From a virus (Duplodnaviria; Caudoviricetes), in IMG/VR virus record IMGVR_UViG_3300036771_000020, positions 1 through 49,612 of that record: a stretch of 49,612 nt of DNA, one strand, 5' to 3'. The position numbers and the translations under genes were made by a program. Numbering within the stretch: the first letter of the stretch is position 1; each line of letters opens with the position of its first letter. The notes beneath the pieces were generated by a model. It was not told where the DNA came from, did not search any database, and worked only from the letters and a program-made list of their open reading frames with translations. Of the stretch, positions 9,860 to 20,036 are shown one piece after another.

Positions 9860-12636
9860 CCTCTCGCCTTCCTCGGTGCCTGGTGATATTGCTGGATAGC
9901 CTGGCTGGCTGGGCCGCCGTTGCTGATGTCATAAACAAACGCATCCACAGTCCATCCTCCGTTTCCGTCTGGTGTTGCCTGCGCGTCGACAGCCGATGAT
10001 GTGTAGTTATTGATATTCACTACAACACCGCCACCTCCGTTTCCCTGCATATCCTTGTTGCTGATGACCTTCCCGTTGTCGCCGGGGATCATGTACTGGC
10101 TGCCGTTGCTGGCCTGATAGATTTCAGGCATGCCGCCTTCGCCAACCTGATACATCGAACCAGCGGATACCGGGCCACCATTCTTACGCTTGCCAGCAAT
10201 CGAGCCAGATAGTGCCATTGCTGCAACAACTGCGCCGATACCGATGGCGGCCGCTCCACCAAATGAGCCGATCGAAGCAACGATAGCTGCGGGTGTCCAT
10301 GCAGCGGTAGTAGTGGCGGCCGCTGTTGTGCTGGCCGCTGTCGTTGTTGCAGTACCGGCGACGGAAGCAGCGGTTGTTGCGGCTGTGGCAGCAATCTGCG
10401 CTGTTTGGCCCATGATTGCTGACTTAACCCACTCAACGCCCATCTGAGTGAATGACTGCACTACGCTGCTTAAAACGGTGTTGGCTATATTACCAAGAGC
10501 TTCATTGACGCTTTGAGTGCCATTTAAAATGCCGGTAATACTGCTGGATACGGTGTTCATTGAGGTTTGTAGTGTGTCAGCGAAAAGCTGTGTGGCTACT
10601 GTCTGCTGAGACCATTCTTCCCACATCGCGGCCATGCGCTGATCACGATATATCTTTTCTATCGCCGCACGTGTCGCTTCAACCTCGGAAATTTTTTGTG
10701 GGTATAAGGCTGCGTAGGCATTTAGATCAGCCATTTGCTGTTGAAACTGGTTATCAACAGAAGTAACTGGCGATACTTGTGCACGAACTCCCTTATATGC
10801 CTTTTCTGTATCCTGCCGGGATTTCTCCGCAGCAGCCTGCGCCTTTATTGCCTGAGCGTTATCATAGGTTTTAGCTGCATAGACGCCCGCCAAAGCTATC
10901 TGCTCTTGGGTGGCATTTTTTCCCAAGGACTGTTGGGCGGTGAGGATTGCCTGCTCTTTACTGAGTTCCTGAGTAGATGCCGCAGTTATCTCTGATTGCT
11001 GCTTCAACTTATCAAGCTTTTGTGCAATTGATTCGCTTTGACTGACAGATTTCTTCCTTTCGGTCGTCAACCCTTTTTGTGCCTGGGTGTTTTTGTACGT
11101 CGCTTCGGCATCAGCTTGCATCTGCACTGCATGCGGATCGTCTTTAGAAAATCCTGCATCTTCTGCTGCGTATTGCGCCTGTAGCCTGGCTCTGGCCTCA
11201 CCCTGCAATTTCGACAGCGCCAGATTTCTCTCCGATTGTTGAATGAGGTTCTTCTGGCCTGCTGTAAGGTTGTCTGTTTCCTGTTTAAGCGCTGCTACGT
11301 TTCCTTTTGCAACGACAGCCTCACGGGAAAGATTAACAAGCGTCCCTATGAAAGACGTGAGGGCTGTCTGCCCTTTTTCAGTAGAGCTCTGCGTGTTCTG
11401 AAGCTCGGATGCAAGCTTCTGTAGTGCTTCCGGCGAGGGGTTCTTTGCAATATCGGAAAGCTGTTTTGCAAAGTTAAACGCCTGCTGTTCAGAAATGGCG
11501 AACTTGTCAGCCACCGCACCAACAGTATTACCGATGCTTAATGTTGTGGAATTAAATGCCTGCCCTGCACCGAACGCTTGTTTCATCGCTTCGGTATAGT
11601 CGTTTGTGGTGATATTTAACGAAGCCAGTCGGTCATTGAAGCCTTGTACTGTTGCATATCCACCAGAAAATGCAGATAGGGCCTTGTCACCAAACGACAG
11701 CAATGAGCCAGAGGCATCACTAATTGCCTTCGGTATTTTGTTGATGGCCTCGTTGTACTCCAGAAGCGCCTGATTACGCATCAGCGTAGCTACTTCTGCG
11801 TTAGTCTTGGCGAGAAGAGCGTATTTATCGGAGAGAGCGGCCACGCCATTTTGGGAGACGGTGATGACTTTATCCATCGCCTCGGCGGCATCTTTTAACG
11901 CATCCATGGCGTTCTTACCGCCATTCAGAGATGTAATAAGTGTTCCAGCTATCACGGTACTTAGGGCTATGACGGCCCCTATAACTGCGCCTCCGGGTCC
12001 AAATGCCCCGGCCAGCTGAGAACCCTGTTGCGAGAAGGCAACTAATGCAGATTGCCCGCCCTGCACCTGTACAATGAAATCCTGCACCTGATAGCCTGCT
12101 TGCTGCATGCTACCTTTCCACTTACCCGTACCTTTTGCGCCATTTTCGACGCCAGTTTTCATGTCATAAAGACGACCGGTTAGCTCACCAATCTTCTGTT
12201 TCTCTTCGTCCGACGCTTTAGATCCAGCCCGTAATTGTGCCGCCAGAACCGCAGCGCTCCTTGCCCCACCCTCCTGAGCTTCATCTAGTACAGCAATCTG
12301 ATTACCCAGCGCTTCAATTATTGACTCTGCGCGACTGAACTCACTGCTTGCCCCACCGGTGCCACTTCTGGCCTCAGCCATGGCTCGGGCTATGCCGCTT
12401 ACATTAGTGTTAAGCTTTTTGAGTTGGTTATCCATGGAGTTTGCATAACCCGCCAGCTCGGTAAACGCAGTACCTGTAGCAGAAGTGCTCTTATCAAGCC
12501 CGTCCAGTTCTTTGCCAGTGTTACTCGATGAGTTGTCGATCTGGGATAATGCGTTCTGAACATCTTTCGCTCCGTCCAGTAATTGGGCGGTATCCAGCGA
12601 GATGGTGATATCAATACCACCTAAATTTTCCGACAT
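9856..12636 (-). CDS. Tail tape measure protein
   Basis: 926 aa, Ala/Gln-rich and helical; QQAGYQVQDFIVQVQGGQ and GGPV..Y.VGE.G.PE motifs. Confidence 0.93.
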   Translation of the reverse strand: MSENLGGIDITISLDTAQLLDGAKDVQNALSQIDNSSSNTGKELDGLDKSTSATGTAFTELAGYANSMDNQLKKLNTNVSGIARAMAEARSGTGGASSEFSRAESIIEALGNQIAVLDEAQEGGARSAAVLAAQLRAGSKASDEEKQKIGELTGRLYDMKTGVENGAKGTGKWKGSMQQAGYQVQDFIVQVQGGQSALVAFSQQGSQLAGAFGPGGAVIGAVIALSTVIAGTLITSLNGGKNAMDALKDAAEAMDKVITVSQNGVAALSDKYALLAKTNAEVATLMRNQALLEYNEAINKIPKAISDASGSLLSFGDKALSAFSGGYATVQGFNDRLASLNITTNDYTEAMKQAFGAGQAFNSTTLSIGNTVGAVADKFAISEQQAFNFAKQLSDIAKNPSPEALQKLASELQNTQSSTEKGQTALTSFIGTLVNLSREAVVAKGNVAALKQETDNLTAGQKNLIQQSERNLALSKLQGEARARLQAQYAAEDAGFSKDDPHAVQMQADAEATYKNTQAQKGLTTERKKSVSQSESIAQKLDKLKQQSEITAASTQELSKEQAILTAQQSLGKNATQEQIALAGVYAAKTYDNAQAIKAQAAAEKSRQDTEKAYKGVRAQVSPVTSVDNQFQQQMADLNAYAALYPQKISEVEATRAAIEKIYRDQRMAAMWEEWSQQTVATQLFADTLQTSMNTVSSSITGILNGTQSVNEALGNIANTVLSSVVQSFTQMGVEWVKSAIMGQTAQIAATAATTAASVAGTATTTAASTTAAATTTAAWTPAAIVASIGSFGGAAAIGIGAVVAAMALSGSIAGKRKNGGPVSAGSMYQVGEGGMPEIYQASNGSQYMIPGDNGKVISNKDMQGNGGGGVVVNINNYTSSAVDAQATPDGNGGWTVDAFVYDISNGGPASQAIQQYHQAPRKARG

Positions 12637-12663
12637 TGTGATTCTCCATGGATACTTTGCCTG

Positions 12664-13350
12664 TTAATGCTGGGCTCTTTGTTGTTGCTCGCGCATCATT
12701 TTTTCCTGCCAGCGCCGTTCGTCGTCATCCATGACCTCGTCGTATTCTTCTCGGGTCAGGCCTTTCTGGTTCGGGTATTTGGCATTAAGTAGAAGAGCGA
12801 ACTCCGTCATCGTCAGGAATGCGGCATCGTCTCGCGTCATTTTGAAATGGGTTCGTGCTGCATTTATGTATTCGATGGCATGGAACTCTGCCGTGGTCGT
12901 GGAACTTTCATGTCTTTGAAGCTTTCTAACCCTCGCCTTGCCAATAACCCCATGCGTCATTAAGTGCTGAGCAATAATGATAATGTCGTTGCGGCTTAGC
13001 TTTCCGGGGCGATAAACGATGTATCTTGACCATCCTTTCCATTCGCCAATCATTGTGGTTATGTCTTCTTCGCAGCAGGCTTGAATAACCTGCATTGAGA
13101 TAGAAAGCACTTTCTCGGCCATGCGATAAATCTGTGGTGACAGCCAGTCAGGCAGTCGTCCGAGATGAGCGGCGCATAAAGCCAGAAGATTTTGAACGTC
13201 ACTGCCATGAATAGTTGCATATGCAGAGACTATGTCTTCTGGCGAACCAATTCGCGTCATTGCTGCGAAGGACGGCCGTAATACATATTCGCGGCCGCCC
13301 TCTTCTCTGTTTGTCAGGACGACTTCGCCTATCTCTGTTAAGGGGATCAT
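12664..13350 (-). CDS. Tail assembly chaperone (putative)
   Basis: Position between the tail tube and tape measure genes. Confidence 0.65.
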   Translation of the reverse strand: MIPLTEIGEVVLTNREEGGREYVLRPSFAAMTRIGSPEDIVSAYATIHGSDVQNLLALCAAHLGRLPDWLSPQIYRMAEKVLSISMQVIQACCEEDITTMIGEWKGWSRYIVYRPGKLSRNDIIIIAQHLMTHGVIGKARVRKLQRHESSTTTAEFHAIEYINAARTHFKMTRDDAAFLTMTEFALLLNAKYPNQKGLTREEYDEVMDDDERRWQEKMMREQQQRAQH

Positions 13351-13406
13351 CTGAGTGCCTTAAATGGTTATTATCAAGGGCAGCAAGCTACCCTTTGGGA
13401 TAGCCA

Positions 13407-14171
13407 TTAGCTGACGGTTACAGAGCAGGCGTTTGAGGTAATCTTTACAGGAGTGGATGCAGAGTCGGTTACTTCGCAGGTATACGAGCCAGCATCACCA
13501 GATGCAGCGCTGGCCTTATTGAATGTGGCGGCTGTTTGTCCGCTAACCGCCGATCCATCTTTTTTCCAGGCGTAGCTATATGGCGCAGTGCCTCCCGTGA
13601 CCGCTACTGTCATTGTCAGCGCAGAACCGGTAGCTACTGTTTTGGTTGTAGGGAGGTTTGTAGTAAATGCCAACGCGTCGCCAGCAATCTCGAATACAAC
13701 GGTATCAGCATCGTAAACCTTCCACTCTCCAGAGAATGTGGAGATATCACTCGTTCCAAAATCACCAGACCATGAAGTTGTATTGAAATACCCCATGATG
13801 TAAGTGCCAGCATCCTCTCCTGCAAAGTCGAATCGAACCCACACAGTTGGTTGGCGGCCCGCCTGCACTTCGTCGAAAATATATTTCGACATGTGGATAG
13901 CGCCGATCTCAACCGTTTTGTCATTCTTGCGGAACTCACCGTCACCAGAAATAGTGAAGTCCATATTGTTGACAAGATTCTCAACGAGCCCCTTTGAATC
14001 ATCAGCCTCAGAGCTGACAGTATTCATCGAATAGTCGAAACCTTTAGTGGTCATCGCACCTAGTCGCTTCCATTCAGAAAGCGCAGGTACAGCATCGGGA
14101 CAGCCAAAGGCCATGCGGAGCACAGCTACTTTCCCGATCAGCTTGCCAAAATCGTTAGCACAGCCTTGCAT
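13407..14171 (-). CDS. Major tail tube protein with C-terminal Ig-like domain
   Basis: C-terminal VTGGTAPYSYAWKKDG...DAGSYTCEVTDS Ig signature; synteny. Confidence 0.88.
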   Translation of the reverse strand: MQGCANDFGKLIGKVAVLRMAFGCPDAVPALSEWKRLGAMTTKGFDYSMNTVSSEADDSKGLVENLVNNMDFTISGDGEFRKNDKTVEIGAIHMSKYIFDEVQAGRQPTVWVRFDFAGEDAGTYIMGYFNTTSWSGDFGTSDISTFSGEWKVYDADTVVFEIAGDALAFTTNLPTTKTVATGSALTMTVAVTGGTAPYSYAWKKDGSAVSGQTAATFNKASAASGDAGSYTCEVTDSASTPVKITSNACSVTVS

Positions 14172-14184
14172 GTGTTACCTCTCA

Positions 14185-14212
14185 AATAAAAAAGGCCGCC
14201 CGTAGGCAGCCT
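14185..14212 (-). terminator. Intrinsic terminator-like hairpin
   Basis: AGGCTGCC-TACG-GGCGGCCT followed by a T-run (minus strand). Confidence 0.65.
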
Positions 14213-14231
14213 GGATGGTGTGAAATTTAAT

Positions 14232-14612
14232 TTAATCGCCGTAAACGCAGCGGAATCTAAGGGAGAAAACTATTCGGCCTTCAGTTGTTGGCATGGGGCT
14301 GGGGACGCCCATAGATTCGATATAGTTCAGGCACTCGTCTTTAATGGGGTTAGCCTGTACATAGTCGATGATTTGCTGCATGCGTTCCGCTGTAGCAATC
14401 CGCTTATCGCTTGCGCCTACAATTGTTACATCAACGTAATAATTAGAAGACAAATCGTCTCGAATTGACGTGCCGCCGCCAGGGGAAAACACAATAAATG
14501 AGTCCGTTTTTTTGTTGGTATCTGTCCAGAGTAGAGTTTGCACAACATAACCCACGGTCAAGCCTGCATCGACGAACATGTTTTTGACGCGTTCGTACAT
14601 TGATGGAGTCAC
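14232..14612 (-). CDS. Tail terminator protein (putative)
   Basis: 126 aa immediately upstream of the tail tube gene. Confidence 0.65.
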   Translation of the reverse strand: MTPSMYERVKNMFVDAGLTVGYVVQTLLWTDTNKKTDSFIVFSPGGGTSIRDDLSSNYYVDVTIVGASDKRIATAERMQQIIDYVQANPIKDECLNYIESMGVPSPMPTTEGRIVFSLRFRCVYGD

Positions 14613-15073
14613 GGCTTAAGTTCCTTCTTGTAGATGTCCTTGATAGTGTCCTTGTTCTTTTCTAACGCCTTTACAAGGAATTGCGGCTCTCCGTGCGGAT
14701 CCCAATAATTTCCCTTCCCTGTGCCGCCCCCAAATGCCTTTGGCTTTTGTGGGCCAACAGATGAGCGGTTGCTGGTCATGCCAAAGTCTGCTCGCGGCTG
14801 CCCTTTAAGTTTGCCGGATGCGTTATGAACAGCTTCTGCATACTCAGCAGTGTATCCAAGCCTGCCAACCACTCCCCCTGAACTGATGTCCATGTCTTTA
14901 AACTGTGAGTTTATTAGGGTGGAGGTGTCAACTGGGGTTATTGCTGCTGCATCCACTCCGACGACACTGAGAGCCGCATATGTTGCCCTGGCAGCCTTTT
15001 TCCCTTGAGTATCATCAATGAACTTATTAAGTTTTCTGACAACCTGCCCCACACCCTTAACCTTCATGCCCAT
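14609..15073 (-). CDS. Tail completion / neck protein (HK97 gp10-like)
   Basis: MGMKVKG start; TPVDTSTLINS and YAEAVH motifs; PQFL near the C-terminus. Confidence 0.72.
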   Translation of the reverse strand: MGMKVKGVGQVVRKLNKFIDDTQGKKAARATYAALSVVGVDAAAITPVDTSTLINSQFKDMDISSGGVVGRLGYTAEYAEAVHNASGKLKGQPRADFGMTSNRSSVGPQKPKAFGGGTGKGNYWDPHGEPQFLVKALEKNKDTIKDIYKKELKP

Positions 15074-15074
15074 G

Positions 15075-15422
15075 CTAAACCCCCGTGATAATGGCAATGT
15101 CTTCAGCAATGCGCTCGAACGTATCGGCATAGCGGATAACCTGCCGTACCTCATCAGCGCCAGCATTAAGCGGGTCAGCGTCGGTAGATGTGCCAATCAG
15201 GATATAGTCGCCAGCTTGTGCGTCGGTGTACTCTGTCCAGATGGTGCTCTTCACGACTATTTCAGCGCCAAGGCTGCCAATGCGCTTCGACAGGCCTCCT
15301 TCGTAATCGCAGAGAATGACCATCGGCTCCGAGTAGCCGAGATTATCTCCGCTTTCGCTGATACCGAGGCTTTTCCATACCGTGGCCGACGCTGTGTATG
15401 ACCAGCGAGCTGCTTCTGACAT
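15075..15422 (-). CDS. Head closure protein (putative)
   Basis: 115 aa in the head-tail joining block. Confidence 0.6.
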   Translation of the reverse strand: MSEAARWSYTASATVWKSLGISESGDNLGYSEPMVILCDYEGGLSKRIGSLGAEIVVKSTIWTEYTDAQAGDYILIGTSTDADPLNAGADEVRQVIRYADTFERIAEDIAIITGV

Positions 15423-16072
15423 TAGATGACCCTCCGATACGTACGCCCCTGCTTAATATGCGCAATTGCTCCTTTTGAAACGTTGTAACGCTCAGCTAAA
15501 GGCCGCAATTCTTCCCCATTAGCAAGCAATGCTCTTATTTCTCTAACCTGGTCGTCTGTTAATTTTGCGTGAGGCGGTGTTACTCCGTGCATAGGGTTAC
15601 CTTTTCCGGAATGGCGAGCCGACATTTTCGCCCTAACTTCCAGCCTCTTGCTTGCACCTTGGCACGGTAACCTCTTACCGAACCAATAGTTTCCGCTTCC
15701 CTTAACTCTTTCACTGATTTGTTTTTTGCGTTCATCTGAAAATTTCAGACCTGCACAACTTCCGGCGTTTGGCGCAATATTGAAAGATGGCTTTAGCAAA
15801 TCAAAGTAAGATTGCTCAGCAGGAACAAGTCCCGCCCTGTCTTCCACGATAGCCAGAACAGAAAACTCAAAGCATGTGTGGTCATATTCATTCCACGCAG
15901 TTTGCAAATTTCTATTGCCGTGAGTGCCTTTTCGCAGTTGATATTTATGAACCGCCCAACGGTTAGCTATATTTGTCGCTGAGCCAATATATAAATCACC
16001 TGTGGCAGCGTTACGAATTTGATAGACTCCGGCAACATTGCTATATGATGAATTATCATTATTTGCTTGCAT
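15422..16072 (-). CDS. Free-standing GIY-YIG homing endonuclease with NUMOD3-like repeats and a C-terminal HTH
   Basis: GVYQI..LYIGSA...RW..H motif; KFSDERKKQIS and RAKMSARHSGKGNPMHG repeats; C-terminal AKLTDDQVREIR...LAERYNVS. Confidence 0.88.
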   Translation of the reverse strand: MQANNDNSSYSNVAGVYQIRNAATGDLYIGSATNIANRWAVHKYQLRKGTHGNRNLQTAWNEYDHTCFEFSVLAIVEDRAGLVPAEQSYFDLLKPSFNIAPNAGSCAGLKFSDERKKQISERVKGSGNYWFGKRLPCQGASKRLEVRAKMSARHSGKGNPMHGVTPPHAKLTDDQVREIRALLANGEELRPLAERYNVSKGAIAHIKQGRTYRRVI

Positions 16073-16239
16073 CACTCTCGCCACCTCTCAACCTTTGCCC
16101 CACTCTCACGAATGCGCTTGCAATTAATCACCCACTCACCGTTGCTGTTGACGTAGCCGGTTGTCTCGCGGCCTGTGTCGGTGCGAACCCAGACTCGGGA
16201 GAAAGGTTTAGGCAAGCTTTCAGTTATGAGCTTCCACAT
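16072..16239 (-). CDS. Small hypothetical protein, 55 aa (below the ORF-track cutoff)
   Basis: MWKLITESLPKPFSRVWVRTDTGRETTGYVNSNGEW...; TGATG overlaps at both ends. Confidence 0.7.
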   Translation of the reverse strand: MWKLITESLPKPFSRVWVRTDTGRETTGYVNSNGEWVINCKRIRESGAKVERWRE

Positions 16240-16619
16240 CAGCAGCCACCCACGACGAGAAATAACCCCACCGAACTACCAGCGCTAATCGGCAACTCGC
16301 CAGTGCAACCGCTGGCATCCAGCTTCGCCAGTGAATCACTGAGCCATTTGATGCTGTCATCACCGTAATCAAACGAGCGTGACGCCCCAGACGGTGCGCC
16401 CTGCGATTTGATGCGACGAGCGCCGGATGATGTCGCCATGAGAGCCGCTGCGTACATCTGGATTAGCTTCGATGTGCAATCGTCATAGCCAGCACCTTCA
16501 AGGCATGGAATGATTTTGTTTACCAAGCAGAGAATCGGCTCAAGCAGCGCACTCGGAATGGTGTAACCCAATTCACTGAGGAACTGCTGTACGTCCGCCG
16601 CCGTGATTGGGTCAGCCAT
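16239..16619 (-). CDS. Head-tail adaptor (putative)
   Basis: 126 aa after the capsid genes; IKSQGAPSGASRSF. Confidence 0.62.
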   Translation of the reverse strand: MADPITAADVQQFLSELGYTIPSALLEPILCLVNKIIPCLEGAGYDDCTSKLIQMYAAALMATSSGARRIKSQGAPSGASRSFDYGDDSIKWLSDSLAKLDASGCTGELPISAGSSVGLFLVVGGC

Positions 16620-16621
16620 GG

Positions 16622-16813
16622 TTACTTACCTTTTTTGGGTTTATCCGGCGTGGCAACTTCGAACTCTTTCTTTTCATCCATTGATTCAGCAAGGCCAGCA
16701 GCCACCCATCGGGCGGCAGTTTCGTCTGCAACCTCAACCTGCGCACCAACCCCCAACTTCTGGAGATTGGCACCGGAGAAAAGGTTATCGCTAATTACTT
16801 TTACCAGTGCCAT
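16622..16813 (-). CDS. Small virion-associated protein
   Basis: 63 aa directly after the major capsid gene. Confidence 0.6.
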   Translation of the reverse strand: MALVKVISDNLFSGANLQKLGVGAQVEVADETAARWVAAGLAESMDEKKEFEVATPDKPKKGK

Positions 16814-16822
16814 GTCGACCTC

Positions 16823-17917
16823 TTAGCTGTGCGCGTAGATGACTGATTTCTTGCTGTTGATGTCGGTCTTAACCATCAGACCAGCAGCGCCCCACGTGCG
16901 CCAGATGTAATCGCTGTTGTAGAACGGGCGAGGGTCGGCAACAGTGCCGAACGCCTGACCAACAATCGGAGCGATAACGCCAGCAGTCAGTGGAACAATC
17001 AGGATCTGATTACCAGTCAGCGCTGCATCTTCTTTGATTGCTGAAATGCCAGACAACTTCAGAAGCTCCTGCAAGATGGTGTCAGATTGATAGTTATCGC
17101 TGTAGTAGCGCTCAAGGTTAGAGATAATCGCGCTGGACACATACCAGGTTTGCTCTGCGTACTGGTTATTAGTCAGCTTCAGAGTGTCACGCAGCTTGAT
17201 AGCAGCATTACGGATTTGCTCAGCGGTCGCAGCAGAATCAGTGAAGTCGATGTTCAGACCGGAAGCACCGAGGTCAACCATCGCAACGCGTTCATCGTTC
17301 TTCAGGCCCTTCCAGGTCTTATCATCAAACTTGATGTAAGTGCCTTCAGAGTCGCGGTATCCGTTGTAGATGTAATCCACATACTGGCGACGCACTTCGT
17401 TGGTGGACTCAAACTGAGCATCAGCTACGATGTCGAATGCATCCGGGTTGTTCAGGCGAGGTTCGCGCCAGTGGAACTTGAATCCAGTGTCATGTACTGG
17501 AACCATGGTGCCGTCATACTGGTATTGCACTGCATCTAGTGCCCCACCAATCTGGCCGGACATAGAAGTGTGAGCCCACATGCGACCGCCAGACTTCGCG
17601 TATTCATACACGGTCTGATTGATACGCACGGAACGAGATAAAGGCATCAGATCGTTGAAGAGAGTGAACTCGGTGTTCGCCTCAAACTGACGAAGAACAG
17701 TCTGGTCAAACGCTTTGTACAGGTCAGCAGGTGAGCGCACGGCGTTGATGCCATTGAGCTCGTTGATGGTGTTAAGGCGATCTGCAAATTCCTGCATCAC
17801 GTTTACACCCTGATGGTTCATTGCCGCGCTACGTTCCTGCATCAGCATGCCGAACTGGTACTGATTGATTGCCAGGTTACCGGACTTCTCGCCCAGTGAT
17901 TTAGAATAAACAAGCAT
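16823..17917 (-). CDS. Major capsid protein
   Basis: 364 aa following the protease/scaffold and decoration genes. Confidence 0.82.
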   Translation of the reverse strand: MLVYSKSLGEKSGNLAINQYQFGMLMQERSAAMNHQGVNVMQEFADRLNTINELNGINAVRSPADLYKAFDQTVLRQFEANTEFTLFNDLMPLSRSVRINQTVYEYAKSGGRMWAHTSMSGQIGGALDAVQYQYDGTMVPVHDTGFKFHWREPRLNNPDAFDIVADAQFESTNEVRRQYVDYIYNGYRDSEGTYIKFDDKTWKGLKNDERVAMVDLGASGLNIDFTDSAATAEQIRNAAIKLRDTLKLTNNQYAEQTWYVSSAIISNLERYYSDNYQSDTILQELLKLSGISAIKEDAALTGNQILIVPLTAGVIAPIVGQAFGTVADPRPFYNSDYIWRTWGAAGLMVKTDINSKKSVIYAHS

Positions 17918-17928
17918 TAAGTGACTCC

Positions 17929-18357
17929 TTACTTAATCACTACGCGAATGAGGTCGCCAGCTACGGCGGTAATTGAGCGCTCTTCGTCGCAGTAGCAACG
18001 GTCAGACTCTCCAGTGGCCCATTTCTTAACCTGGCCGTTGACGATTGAAAGAGCATCGCCTTTTTTGTAGGTGCCAGCCGCCGCACGAACGTTCAGGAAC
18101 ATTCCCGGCAGTGGGTGAATTGCAACAAGCAGATCGTCAACCGCATAGGTGTCATCAACTGACTTGCAGCGAAGATAGTCGAAGTCTGCTACGTAGACGA
18201 CCGCCTGCTCTGCCCCTGCGACCGACGCTTTAAATACGCCAGCATCGAAGAAGCCAAGAGTGCCGGGCTTAACCGCAGTCGCTCGGCCTTCGCGGTTAAG
18301 GGTTGGGTTCGGGAATACGCCGCCCGCGTGGATTACATGCTTACCGTCTTTAGCCAT
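17929..18357 (-). CDS. Head decoration protein (putative)
   Basis: 142 aa between the scaffold and major capsid genes. Confidence 0.65.
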   Translation of the reverse strand: MAKDGKHVIHAGGVFPNPTLNREGRATAVKPGTLGFFDAGVFKASVAGAEQAVVYVADFDYLRCKSVDDTYAVDDLLVAIHPLPGMFLNVRAAAGTYKKGDALSIVNGQVKKWATGESDRCYCDEERSITAVAGDLIRVVIK

Positions 18358-18363
18358 TTCTAA

Positions 18364-19758
18364 TTACTCCGGCATTACGCTGATTGAATCGTTAGAGTTA
18401 ACCTGGCGGAATGCACCGCTAAGCCCGGTTGATGTCTGGCATTTAGCGAAAAGCTCTTTCAGCGGTTCACCGTCCAGCGAGTTAACTGCCAAATCGGTCA
18501 TACCGAACTTAGCTTTCACAGCAGTACGCATTGATGCGCGTTCCTGATCGGCGTTGGCAGTCAGGCCAGTTTCGATAGAGTTCAGCTTGTCAGCGAATGG
18601 TTGGAACCATGCTGGAGCTTCCGCGCTGTTGGTAGCGGTGTCTTTAGCTGCCTTTGCATCAGCTTCTTTCTTCAGGCGCGCCGCTTTTTCTTCTGGTGTT
18701 TCGGCTGCTTTCGCATCTTCTGCCACCATTGCGTTGTAAGCGTCCATCAGCTCGGCTTCGGTCTTGCCTTCAGTCGGCTTGCCTTTCGCTTTGAGCGCAT
18801 TTACGATCATGTCTTTCATCGGATTTTCTGCTCCGTTAGTTTTAATTTCGTACTCAGTGGGTTTGCGCACGACTTCTTGAGGTTCGCCGACGAACACGGC
18901 TTTGCCGCCCTCATCGATGAGGTACTTCTGTTTGAAATAGCGGGTGTCATCTCGATAGATGAACGTGTCAGGCCAGACCGTTTCAGGCCACAACCAGTTA
19001 TCATCACCGCGCCCCTCGCGAAGCTTGTCGCTGATAGCGCGGTTGATATCGTCGAATGAATAATTTGAGGCGTTAGTGAAGAAGAATTTCGCTTTGTTCA
19101 GGAGTCCTTCTCGGGTGCAGTCTGCCCCCTCCGCAAGATTAGCAATCTCAATTTCCTGCTCGCCACCGTCAGCATTTACAAAGATGCCTACACCATCATC
19201 TGGTGTACCTGCACCTAATTCATGAAGAAGGATGGCTGTGTGATCGAATACCTGGTTCGTGGCCGTCCAGTTGTGTTTTTTGCCTCTGGAAATGCCACTA
19301 CTATTAACTTTCAGCGTATCAAGACCGGTTGAAACATTGATTGGCGTAGTAGATGTGCCGTCTTTAAGCGCCTCTAATGCCGCAACAACCTCCGGCCCAT
19401 GCTTTGACGCCATGGCTACGCGCTTGTTGACGTACATGTCCATCTTCACCTTGTCGCCGTCTTTTCTGACGTTCTTCGACCAGGCTCCAACGTTGTATTG
19501 GTTAATTGCTCGCGGGTTATTAGCGCTGACGTGCTTACCATCTACCTTTGGATGCCCGAAAGGCATCGCTTTGCCCTCAAGACTTTTGTAGCTTTTGTTG
19601 ATTTCGGCTGCCGGATACAACCCGCCATTCATAACGATGTCATCAACAATAGGCACGATGTCGCGCACGATGATGTGCTCATCGCCGTCAATGACTTCTG
19701 TTGTGATGTTTGATGCGGAGTTGATGACGGTCAGCACATGGACGCTTTTACGCGACAT
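18364..19758 (-). CDS. Prohead protease / scaffold (DUF2213-like)
   Basis: GHP, VSTG and DHTAIL..GAG motifs; charged Ala-rich scaffold-like C-terminus. Confidence 0.78.
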   Translation of the reverse strand: MSRKSVHVLTVINSASNITTEVIDGDEHIIVRDIVPIVDDIVMNGGLYPAAEINKSYKSLEGKAMPFGHPKVDGKHVSANNPRAINQYNVGAWSKNVRKDGDKVKMDMYVNKRVAMASKHGPEVVAALEALKDGTSTTPINVSTGLDTLKVNSSGISRGKKHNWTATNQVFDHTAILLHELGAGTPDDGVGIFVNADGGEQEIEIANLAEGADCTREGLLNKAKFFFTNASNYSFDDINRAISDKLREGRGDDNWLWPETVWPDTFIYRDDTRYFKQKYLIDEGGKAVFVGEPQEVVRKPTEYEIKTNGAENPMKDMIVNALKAKGKPTEGKTEAELMDAYNAMVAEDAKAAETPEEKAARLKKEADAKAAKDTATNSAEAPAWFQPFADKLNSIETGLTANADQERASMRTAVKAKFGMTDLAVNSLDGEPLKELFAKCQTSTGLSGAFRQVNSNDSISVMPE

Positions 19759-19776
19759 GCTGAGTCCTCTTGCTTG

Positions 19777-19974
19777 TTATTTCTGAGTGGTCAGTAGCTC
19801 AATGAAATAGTCAGCCATGCGCTCTGGTTCATATGGGCCTTCTGGCTCAAAATCAGCAGGGTTGGCGTTGAAGTTGTTAATCCATTCATGCATAGCTTTG
19901 CGGATCCTTGCTTCGCTATACAAAGTCCCATGGTTAATATCTCTTGGCTGCTCGCTAGGTAGTGAAATGGTCAC
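19777..19974 (-). CDS. Hypothetical protein, 65 aa
   Basis: GTG start after a GAGG RBS; the longer ORF-track version runs through a terminator and the tRNA-like element. Confidence 0.55.
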   Translation of the reverse strand: MTISLPSEQPRDINHGTLYSEARIRKAMHEWINNFNANPADFEPEGPYEPERMADYFIELLTTQK

Positions 19975-20005
19975 AATGCGTCCTCGTTGGTGGATTTCAG
20001 TCAAT

Positions 20006-20030
20006 AAAAAACCCAGCACTGTGGCTGGGT
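20006..20030 (-). terminator. Intrinsic terminator just downstream of the tRNA-like RNA
   Basis: ACCCAGC-CACAGT-GCTGGGT followed by TTTTT. Confidence 0.85.
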
Positions 20031-20036
20031 CAGTAA

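Noticed and set aside
10190-10447. Ala/Thr-rich repetitive sequence and a hydrophobic antisense ORF
   Set aside because: Low-complexity part of the tape measure protein
12664-13350. Lambda G/GT-type programmed frameshift
   Set aside because: A single ORF fills the gap between tail tube and tape measure; no second frame is needed
14194-14212. GCCGCCCGTAGGCAGC resembling a type I-F CRISPR repeat (possible solitary repeat)
   Set aside because: Lacks the GTTCAC 5' end and TTAGAAA 3' handle; better explained as a minus-strand terminator
15422-16072. Group I intron around the GIY-YIG gene
   Set aside because: The ORF overlaps both neighbours directly, leaving no flanking intron sequence, and no host gene appears split
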